Assembly: GCF_006345805.1 (NCBI RefSeq)
Contig: NW_021825215.1
Coordinates: forward strand, 1-16,157
Direction: 5' to 3'
DNA: 16,157 bases
DNA from: Octopus sinensis
Taxonomy: Eukaryota
Below are positions 7,529 through 16,157 of this stretch, piece after piece. Position numbers and translations under genes: made by a program. Under the pieces are notes generated by a model. It saw nothing but the letters and a program-made list of their open reading frames with translations. It searched no databases and was not told where the DNA came from. The number at the start of each line of letters is the position of its first letter. Position 1 is the first letter of the stretch.

Positions 7529-7925
7529 TACTCTTTTACTTGTTTCAGTCATTTGACTGCGGCCATGCTGGAGCACCGCCTTTAGTCGAGCAAATCGACT
7601 CCGGGACTTATTCTTTGTAAGCCCAGTACTTATTCTATCGGTCTCTTTTTGCCGAACCGCTAGGTGACGGAGACGTAAACACACCAGCATCGGTTGTCAA
7701 GCAATGCTAGGGGAACAAACACAAACACACAAACACATATATACATATATATACATATATACGACAGGCTTCTTTCAGTTTCCGTCTACCAAATCCACTC
7801 ACAAGGCATTGGTCGGCCCGGGGGCTATAGCAGAAGACACTTGCCCAAGATGCCACGCAGTGGGACTGAACCCGGAACCATGTGGTTGGTTAGCAAGCTA
7901 CTTACCACACAGCCACTCCTGCGCC
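7529..7925 (-). mobile_element. Full-length SINE family B copy with internal microsatellite
   Basis: Minus strand begins GGCGCAGGAGTGGCTGTGTGGTAAG..GGTTCAGTCCC (A and B boxes). CORE-like TTGGGCAAGTGTCTTCT. Internal CA/TA tract at ~7716-7760. Tail GAAACAAGTAAAAGAGTA. Confidence 0.88.
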
Positions 7926-8000
7926 TACATCTAGTTAATTAATCCCTACACATTTCTTTCTCCCTCCGTTTTTTCCGTTTTCTTTCCATTTTCCCCCTCT

Positions 8001-8126
8001 CAAATCCCTTCTTTTGAAGAACTTAGGCTTGAAACGTCGAAGACGTTTCCATTCTTCCCGAGCGTCAAACTAATACACCTTCTTGTTGTTCTTTCACCTG
8101 TCTTTTGCTTTCTGTAAATTTGAACT
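8001..8126 (+). mobile_element. Decayed Penelope-like terminal-repeat fragment containing a hammerhead relic (8007-8042)
   Basis: CTTTTGA A GAAC-TTAG-GCTT GAAAC GTC GAAG follows the order core, stem II, GAAA, palindromic ACGT, GUC. The core has lost G5/A6. The family assignment rests on my recollection of similar octopus repeats. Confidence 0.45.
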
Positions 8127-8483
8127 CTGTGTGTGTGCGTGTGTGTGTGTGTATGTGTGTGTGGTGTGTGTGTGTTGTGTGTGTGTGTGTGGTGTGTGTG
8201 TGTGTGGTGTGTGTGTTGTGTGTGTGTGTGTGTGGTGTGTGTGGTGTGTGTGTGTGTGTGTGGGGTTGTGTGGTGTGTGTGGTGTGTGTATGGTGTGTGG
8301 TGTGTGTGTGTGTGTGTGGTGTGTGTGTGTGTGTGTATGTGTGTGTGTGTGTGTGTGTGCGGTGTGTGTGTGTGTGTATGTGTGTGTGTGTGTGGTGTGT
8401 GTGTGTGGTGTGTGTGGTGTGTGTGTGTGCTGTGTGTGTATGTGTGTGTGTGGTGTATGTGTGTGTGTGTGGTGTGTGTGTGT

Positions 8484-8517
<34 letters not shown>

Positions 8518-8534
8518 GTGTGTGTGTGTGTGTC
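8127..8534. repeat. ~400-bp interrupted (TG)n microsatellite
   Basis: Directly visible; it accounts for the C/V-rich and H/T-rich ORFs in the track. Confidence 0.97.
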
Positions 8535-8583
8535 TTCGTGTATGTATTGCTCCTCACACACACACACACACTCAAACACGCTG

Positions 8584-8705
8584 CTTGATAACTGTTGTAG
8601 ATTTGTTTGTCTCCGCAACCTATCGTTTCGGCAAAGAAACCGATGGAATTAGTACTGGGATCGATCTGTTCGATTTATACCCTTCAACGTGATACCCTAG
8701 CATGT
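8584..8705 (+). mobile_element. Decayed 3' half of SINE family B
   Basis: CTTGATAAC..GTCTCCGCAAC..TTCGGCAAAGAAACCGATGGAATTAGTACT..GATCGAT parallels 4907-5015. Confidence 0.5.
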
Positions 8706-8968
8706 CTGAAACGCAATATAAACGATATACCTATATGCACATCAACCTATCGATCCATCCATACATGCACGCACATATACACATACACGTGTGCATGTGT
8801 GTCTGTAATATGTATGTCTGTGTGCACGCGCACGAACGAAGTACACTGCGTGCGAGAAAAGCAGCGTGTCCGTACGACGAGGTATGACGGAATACGTTGT
8901 GATGGGTATCAGTGATACTCACAGACACACACAAATGCACACGCATACACGAGAGTATTTTGTGTGGA

Positions 8969-9650
8969 GATGATAATGATCGCGATGACGCCGACGACGA
9001 GGCCGATGGCGATATTGATGATGTTGATGATGATGATGATGGCAAAGATGGGGATGATGGTGATGATGACGATGACAACGACGACGATAATGATGATGAC
9101 GACGACGAAGTCGATGACGATGACGCCGAGGCGGACGATGATCAGGAGGCGAAGGAGGAGGGTGACGGCGATGACGATGATGGTGATGACTACCATGATG
9201 GCGAAGATGGTGATGACGACGACCGACGACGATGATGTTGGTTGTCAACATCGACGATAATGATGATGATTATGACGACTACCACAGCGACGTCGACCAC
9301 TACCGCAACGACGACGACGACGACGACCACCACCACTACCGCAACGACCACCAGCATTACCACGACGAACACCACCGCGACGACGACTACCACCCACTAC
9401 CACCACGACCGCCACCATCACTACCGCAACGACGACCACCACCACTACCGCGACGACCACCACCATCGACGACCACCACTACCACGACGAACACTACCGC
9501 GACGACGACCACCACCACCACCACCACCGCGACGACCACCACCACCAACACTACCGCGACGACCACCACTACTACCGCAACGACGACCACCACCACTACG
9601 GCGACGACCACCACCACCGCGACGATAATCATGACGATAACGTTGATGAT
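8969..9650. repeat. Bipartite degenerate trinucleotide array: GAT/GAC-rich (8969-9280), then ACC/ACG/ACT-rich with a recurring ACTACCGC(A/G)ACGAC motif (9299-9620)
   Basis: Directly visible; the motif recurs about 8 times with variable spacing. Confidence 0.9.
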
Positions 9651-9920
9651 AGACAACGAAAATTTTAGGAAAATAAAAATAAGAAAAAAGTGGAAATTTT
9701 ACCGGTGATTGTGTTACATTACAAGGCACAAAAAGAAAATGACTCTCCCCAGACACAACAAAATATGCTTCAACACACGAACTCACATAAAGAATCTTGT
9801 AAAGCAAATCCCCAAACGAAGTTATTAGATTGTTGAACTTTTAGCGTGATGTTCTCGCTGTTGTAATTTGTGATGTTTCTTTTACGAGTGGATTTGTATG
9901 CAGGTTGGCCGCTGTTGCTG

Positions 9921-9972
9921 TCGTTTAGCCCCAGGTCGGCCAGAGCTGACGAGCAGTCTATGATCAAAGGTT
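9921..9972 (-). mobile_element. Family D 3'-end fragment
   Basis: CGTTTAGCCCCAGGTCGGCCAGAGCTGACGAGCAGTCTATGATCAAAGG, homologous to 3359 and 3671. Confidence 0.45.
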
Positions 9973-10064
9973 TTTATATCTGTGAGGGATATAGGAGGGA
10001 GAGATTCAGGGAGACGCATGGTTGTGTGGGGGAGAGACTGTATGCGGGAGAGACAGTTTGTAGA

Positions 10065-10168
10065 TGTGTGTGTGTATGTGTCTGTGTGTGTGGGAGAGAG
10101 AGAGAGAGAGATTTTGTGTTTGTATGAGTGTGTAGGAAAGGAAGAAGCAGAGGAGAGACAGGCAGACA

Positions 10169-10206
<38 letters not shown>

Positions 10207-10360
10207 GTGTGTGTGTGTACGTGTGTGTGAATGTGTGTCTGTGTGTGCGCAAGAAAGTCTGTGCAGGTGCCTCTGTGTTGGAGAGACGGACAGGGAGAGA
10301 AACAGCGTATCTATGCGTATACATGTATGTATGTGTGTGTGTTGTGTGTGTAAATGGTGA

Positions 10361-10391
<31 letters not shown>

Positions 10392-10408
10392 CGTGTACTT
10401 ATGTGTGA

Positions 10409-10453
<45 letters not shown>

Positions 10454-10462
10454 TATGTATGT
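10065..10462. repeat. Compound (TG)n/(GA)n/(TA)n microsatellite region
   Basis: Directly visible. Confidence 0.9.
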
Positions 10463-10515
10463 AAGTGTCTCTCCCTCCACCGCTACCAGCACCTAATCAA
10501 TATATCGAAAGCAAA

Positions 10516-10697
10516 AACGATTTCAAATTTTCGCACAAGGTTGGGAAGAAGTCGATTACATCGACCCCAGTACACAATTGCTATTTGTTTTTTATCGATC
10601 CCGAAGGGATGAAAGGCAAAGGCGACCTCGGAAGAATTTAAACTCAGAACGTAAAGACAGACGAAATAACGCTAAGCGTGCTTCCGCCAGCTCGCCA
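10516..10697 (-). mobile_element. SINE family A copy with an internal deletion in the head
   Basis: GTCGATTACATCGACCCCAGT..GATGAAAGGCAAAGGCGACCTCGGAAGAATTTAAACTCAGAACGTAAAGACAGACG..CCGCCAGCTCGCC is the reverse complement of 3439-3602. Confidence 0.8.
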
Positions 10698-11543
10698 CCT
10701 GATTATCAAATGTAATAATGTCAGGTGAAGAACATCAGCTTAAGTCTCTGTCCTTTGAAAGTGTCATAAAAAGAACTCACTTCTCACTAGCTCAGTCTTC
10801 TTGCTTACAGACAAGTACTACAATCAGTAGAACTACTGATTAATTAACTAATCCTTATTCAATTTAGTGCACATTATCAATTTTTTTATATAATATTTTT
10901 GCATGGCAATTTTTGAACAATGGCGTCGTTACTTACAGGTTCCCAATGGATCACTTATTGGTTCACTGGAGTTCCGCCAGCGATAATTCGCAAGTGTCTG
11001 AAATTCGGTGTAGAACTATTATCTCAAGGGATTTAGTTTGAAAGCATTAATTAATTTATTAGTTGTTCTTTCCAAATTTTATATTCTTGCCGGTATACTT
11101 CACATAACATATGTACGTGTGTGTGTGTGTATGTATGTATGCACGCATCCATTTCCAAGTATATATATATAATAAGCATGTATGTATGTATGTATGCGTG
11201 TATGTATGTACGCATGTATGCATGTATGTATGCATGTCAGAGACAACTCCAGGTCATCACCGTGACTCAGGCTCATCACAGATTTCGATCGAAGAATTTC
11301 AGGTTTTCCTGCATTATTTCTAACTCCAAATGGCTTGTTTTTTTTTATATCTAACACTATGTCTTCCTCCATTTCTAAGTTAAGGCTAAAAATAAGGCAA
11401 CCCTGCAAAACACAACTGGTCTTTACACACACAGACACACAGAATAACAGCAATCAAATAACAACAGCGGAGTGTACAACAAACATCTGTGATCTGAATG
11501 TCGCCTGTACTCTTGACAGGAGGTGACAGTCTTTTACACCTAC

Positions 11544-11741
11544 CAGGCTCGTTCGTATTAGCCCGAGTTGCTAGATAATTTTTCGTTCCTTTAAGAATAT
11601 TGTAGAATGGAAACTTTTCATAGATTGGAATTTAAATCCTAAGCTCTATAGAAATTTATTGTTTCAAGAAAACATTGAATTTGAATTACTTTCAATTTTT
11701 ACGATTATAGATAACAACTCGGGCTGTAACTTCTGAGCCTG
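11544..11741. mobile_element. Possible decayed MITE with bipartite terminal inverted repeats
   Basis: CAGGCTC-N9-AGCCCGAGTTG (11544-11570) mirrors CAACTCGGGCT-N9-GAGCCTG (11715-11741) around an AT-rich core; no TSD found. Confidence 0.4.
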
Positions 11742-12014
11742 AGTCAGGCGCGTGTGAACGATTTCGAGAGAACGTCTGCTAAGAATGATATCTTTTGACA
11801 TAGAGCATCTCTAAGACGACCGCCAGACGCTGAACAAAAATAAATGAACTGCGATCAGGCTCAATGAAAGGAGCTCGAGTTATTGACTGCAATTACATAC
11901 TTGAAGTCACAACGTTGGCTGAAATTAAATCAGCTTACAAATACACGTTCACTTTATTAAATTTATACTCGGGCTAAGCCCGAACAGCCCTAGTGTCGGA
12001 GTCGCTACTGGTGT

Positions 12015-12364
<350 letters not shown>

Positions 12365-13638
12365 TAAGGTGTCCTTAAAGTATCTTTACAATTTCAAAAC
12401 TTAATTACAAAAGCAAATAAATACATAAATCTGTGGAAATTATTACAAAAAATAAGGAGTAGATATAGAAATGTTGTTGCCTCATTTAATACATCTCTAT
12501 ATGGAGACCATTAGTTGCACAAAACACATCAAGACGATGTAGCATAGCCATACCAATGGTGACAAAGGCATCAGTGATCCTTTGCTTCAGGTCGTTGATG
12601 TCCCTATCTTCGTTCGATACACGATGTCTTTAATATAACCCTGTAGAAAAAAAGTCCAGGGGAGTGATATCCGAGGAACGAGTTGGCCAAGAAACTGGGC
12701 CATCCCTTCCAATCCACCGGTCTGGAAATGTTCGATTAAGGAACCTACGAACATGCAGTCCCGAATGTGGTGGTGCACCATCCTGCTGGAAAATAATGGT
12801 TGGGTGAAGGTCAACCAGTTGTGGTGCCACATTTTACCAGTCAAAAGGTCAAGTTAAACATTTGTAGAAATTGATCTCTGTGAAGAAAAATGAACCAATG
12901 ATTCGATTGCACATCATCTCACACCAGACATTCACCCCTAGTCATGTGGGGGTGTTCTGATCCCCAGATCCCCACATTATGCGTGTTCAATTTCCCTGAA
13001 GCATGTAAGGTTGCTTCATCACTTAAATAAAAGCGGGTGAAGAAAGCTGCATTCTCAGAAATTTGTTCCAGCATGTTAACTGCAAACTCTTTTCGTCTTG
13101 GTTTATTATTTGGTTCGAGCGCCTGTAAGGGTTGCACTTGTAAAGTACAATCGCCAGTTCTTGTATACGACTTTGTACACTGTTGAACGTGCTAACTGTA
13201 ACCGTCTGGCAGCAGTACGTATGAACTTTGTAGGAGAACTAGCAATGGCTTGTCTTACGCGATCGATGTTTTCCTCAGATAATTTTGGTCGTGCACTCCT
13301 CTCTTTATCCAACACTTGTTCCTGTTTCCATAAATTTCTTGTGCCATGCACGAATTGACGGACGCAACGGCGGATGTCATCCAGAGTTAATCCAGTAGTT
13401 TCGCTGAGTCTGCGTGTCCGATTTTATTTCAATAAACCACGATAGACGTTGTGCCTTCTCTTTTGGGATGTGTTTCATTTAACAGAACCTTTTCTGTCAG
13501 CAGGGTATCTGAAAAACACAAATGCAGTGTGGTTAAAAACTTTGATAACCACTGAGTAGATGAAACACATCTGATAAGCATATCCTATCAATTACATTAG
13601 TAATGAATTTTTGAAATTGTAAATATATTTTATGGACA
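12365..13638 (-). mobile_element. Tc1/mariner DNA transposon, DD41D (rosa/Visitor) family, full-length but decayed
   Basis: 39-bp TIR match with 5 mismatches: TGTCCTTAAAGTATCTTTACAATTTCAAAACTTAATTAC (12370-12408) versus the reverse complement of 13600-13638. TA flanks on both sides. Length ~1.27 kb. Internal transposase remnants. Confidence 0.92.
12486..13478 (-). pseudogene. DD41D transposase pseudogene (in-frame stops, several frameshifts and deletions)
   Basis: Stitched frames give MKHIPKEKAQRLSWFIEIKSDTQTQRNY..AWHKKFMETG / RSARPKLSEENIDRVRQA..IRTAARRLQLARSTVYKV (HTH region), LSDEATLH (D at 13018-13020), IFQQDGAPPH (D at 12780-12782), WIGRDGPVSWPTRSSDITPLDFF (D at 12654-12656) and RLDVFCATNGLHIEMY* (stop at 12486-12488). 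There are 41 residues between the second and third Asp. Confidence 0.92.
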
Positions 13639-13744
13639 TATATATATATATATATATATATGCGAGTCAAAAGACAAATAAAAGAAGCCCTCAACGCATT
13701 TTATAGGAGTCACATCTATTATTATTTAAAACAGTTTGATTCAG

Positions 13745-13890
13745 TTTGAATTAATCATGTATAATATCGTAGCTTCGAGATTTCGGTGACGTGTGTGGTA
13801 CGTGTGAGGGGCCGAATCTGGCCGGTTTGAACAGTAAAACACGTAGAATATTTGGGTCTGATATCGCGGGTTTAAATACTAAACGCTTAA
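13745..13890. mobile_element. Possible decayed end of a TTAA-targeting (piggyBac-like) non-autonomous element
   Basis: Ends ..GGTTTAAATACTAAACGCTTAA, resembling AAAGGGTTAA termini, with a degenerate internal GGCCGAATCTGGCC repeat. The matching opposite end was not found, and the call relies on a recalled consensus. Confidence 0.3.
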
Positions 13891-14164
13891 AGATTTCTGG
13901 TTCGTATATTTAGAGATTTCTGGGGACAGATTAAGGGTTACTTGAAGCAAACTATGGAATGTTGGGTAGTAAAAACAGTAGGACCGGACAAAATACTTTG
14001 TGGTATTGGATACCTTTACTTTAAGTTTAAAGGTTATTTAGGTTTCCTGGGTCAGCTTACACATAACTTCTCCATAAGTCAGTGGCCATATATAAATGCT
14101 AGAAAGAAGTCTATGAACGATCAAATCGAAAGAAGGCGCGCCAGACAATATCTGGTGGCATTTA

Positions 14165-14282
14165 GTGCAAATCTGAAGTCGTAAGTTCAAGTCTCTCTTG
14201 GGTTTACTTTTTTCTCTTTCGTCTTTCCGAAGTCGATTAAATAAAAACCTATCATATTCTGGGGTCGATTTACTCAACTTCA
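14165..14282 (+). mobile_element. Highly decayed SINE family A fragment
   Basis: AAGTTCAAGTCTC..CCGAAGTCGATTAAATAAAAACC..CTGGGGTCGATTTACTCAACT is colinear with 3510-3605. Confidence 0.45.
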
Positions 14283-15257
14283 GTGTTTGTCTTTTACAAT
14301 ATGTAGTTTTGAAGTCTCTGTCAGCAATCAAGAGGAATTAATTACCAGAAAATTAGGCAACCCAAATTAGATAATTAGACTAGTAAGAGAGCTGGAGTGG
14401 GTGGCAGGGCAGCGAATTAAATTCTCTATCTCTATGATTTGAGTTCAAACCATACGCAGGTTTCATGTTCACTGTGATTCATTCAATTAAAGTAATTTTA
14501 AGATAAAAACAACAAGTGCGCGTGTTGTATGGTTGACAGGATCTTTTCATAGAAGTGTTTGAATGACAAAACAAAGAGAAAGAGAGAAGGGAGGGAGGGA
14601 GGGAAGAAGGGGGTTTTCTCTACCGCCACCACTTTCACTAGCAACAGGGCGTTAGCTTTAAGATTGACAGATTAGGAAAAAGAGGGAGAGAGGATGTCTG
14701 GCAGACGCACGTGTGTAGTGCAGGGTAGGTACAATTACGTCGGTAATCTGATTAGAAGCGTGGGTAGCAAAGGCATTGTGATAATAATGGAAGCGGTTAA
14801 GACATGCGCTGTATGTGTGTGCGTGGGTGTGTAGGGGGCCCGGGATGGGATCGAGGTGGGGGGTTGCTTATTGTCGAAGATATTATATTACAAAATTGTA
14901 ATGTTCGTTGATTTAAAGGGAATTATATTTTAATGTCGTACACAAGAAATACACGAAAAGAGAGAAAAAAAAATGGCAAAATTCTAAGACGACATATTGT
15001 GATAATGATTCAAATATTTTTTTCCTTGCAATATGTTAAGAAAGAAAATTTCACCCGGAAATCATCTGTGTAAATAGATACTGCTGTCAATTGGTGTATT
15101 CTGCGGCGGGTGAGGAGCGGGGTTTGGGGTTGGAGGTGGGGTTAAGATATATCATTTTTGCCAATGGTTTATCACACCTCGAACTCGTGTGGTTATTGAT
15201 TACTCGCTTATCACTTAATTGTGTGGATAAAAATATCAAAAACTACCCGTCATGCCT

Positions 15258-15290
15258 CTGTCTCTCTCTCTGTCTCTCTGTTTCTCTCTG

Positions 15291-15349
<59 letters not shown>

Positions 15350-15410
15350 GCGTGTATGCGTGCCTGTGTATGTGCGCGTTTGTATGTGTGTGTGTGTATG
15401 TGTGTGTGAG
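15258..15410. repeat. (CT)n followed by (TG)n microsatellite
   Basis: Directly visible. Confidence 0.93.
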
Positions 15411-15976
15411 TGCCTGCGCGCTTGAAGATCTTGTGCACCTACAGCTGAAACTCAGAGTAACAAGAAAATGATTCGACCAAAATTAAAGATATTCTTAATC
15501 TCTACTTTGGTATTGAGTACTCTTTCTTCTGACCACTAAACATGTATGCATATATATATATTATATATATACACACACACACATACACTCACACAATATC
15601 TTTCAATAAACTTCGCTGTGTATTTATATATATTCTTTTATGACCCGTTTAAAGTGTACATATACATTTATCGCATAGTTCAGAGGTAGCACTAACGAAG
15701 TGACCTTCTAGTCAAGTTCTCTTTAGAGGCAAATATACACATCGAGTTTACTATTTTCCAAGGAAATCTGGTTCGAGATAGATTTTTAACAAAAAAAAAA
15801 ACATGTTTTAATTAAAGTTCTGTTCATTTAAGCTTGAAATTAAATGCATAACAAAAACTACGAAGGATTACGTCATTCCAGCTACGTTCACAAAAAAGTC
15901 AAATTAAGGAATGACTAAATAGTGTTCAGTAATGTTTAATACACTGCAAATGAATAGACATAGTATTTTAAATATA

Positions 15977-16157
15977 TCTATATATATAAAACTGTAGTTG
16001 TGTGAGTGTCTGTCCCCTTCGATTTAGATTCCTAACTACTCCCACATTTTGCGGTGCAGTTTAACCAAATTCGGGTATCTTATAGTCGTGATTCATATCG
16101 AGCCCGTCTGGGTATTAGCGCGCGTCTACGATGAGTCTACGATTTTAAAAATAATTT
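15977..16157 (+). mobile_element. Probable 5' end of a Helitron-type element, running off the window
   Basis: A|TCTATATATATAAAACTG start (5' TC after a host A), typical of Helitron 5' ends, followed by a GTGTGAGTGTCTGTC-type stretch. The 3' hairpin/CTRR is not in the window. Confidence 0.5.

Noticed and set aside
8000-8692. Several 150-195 aa Cys/Val- or His/Thr-rich ORFs (metallothionein-like appearance)
   Set aside because: Pure (TG)n/(CA)n translation.
8912-9708. Asp-rich and His/Asp-rich ORFs as a biomineralisation or metal-binding protein
   Set aside because: Open in several frames on both strands because the triplets lack stops; no signal peptide, credible start or splice sites.
9944-9970. 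CTGACGA as a hammerhead core
   Set aside because: No stem II plus GAAA and no stem I complement; part of the family D fragment.
11263-11746. 13-bp inverted match TGACTCAGGCTCA / TGAGCCTGAGTCA (two AP-1 sites)
   Set aside because: It does not extend, and a 13-bp inverted match is about what chance gives in a 16-kb window.
12672-12700. CCGAGGA...GAAAC as a hammerhead core
   Set aside because: It is the antisense of the transposase WPTRSSD coding region, with no pairing stems.

Overview
AT-rich, microsatellite-dense animal genomic DNA. The repeat families look like Octopus or another coleoid cephalopod; this is an inference from recalled repeat consensus sequences, not a database result. The only credible host coding sequence is the first coding exon (189-1316) of a PDZRN3/PDZRN4 (LNX3/4)-type E3 ubiquitin ligase: C3HC4 RING, three TRAF-type zinc fingers, a coiled coil, then a ~140-aa Asn/Ser/Gly low-complexity tract. 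It ends at a GTAAGT donor, and no PDZ-encoding exon follows, so the rest of the window appears to be one intron of more than 14.8 kb. That intron holds at least three tRNA-derived SINE families, a decayed ~1.27-kb DD41D (rosa/Visitor) Tc1/mariner element, a probable Helitron 5' end and a 48-bp minisatellite. The most interesting signal is two unrelated fold-back hairpins (1927-2064 and 6238-6359). Each is an inverted pair of type I hammerhead-ribozyme motifs with a variant CCGANGA core, and AATAAA follows both arms of the first and the + arm of the second. A third, single hammerhead relic lies at ~8007-8042. These look like Penelope-like pseudo-LTR remnants, and every copy on the host sense strand has a lesion in the catalytic core. 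Almost all other ORFs in the track are translations of microsatellites.
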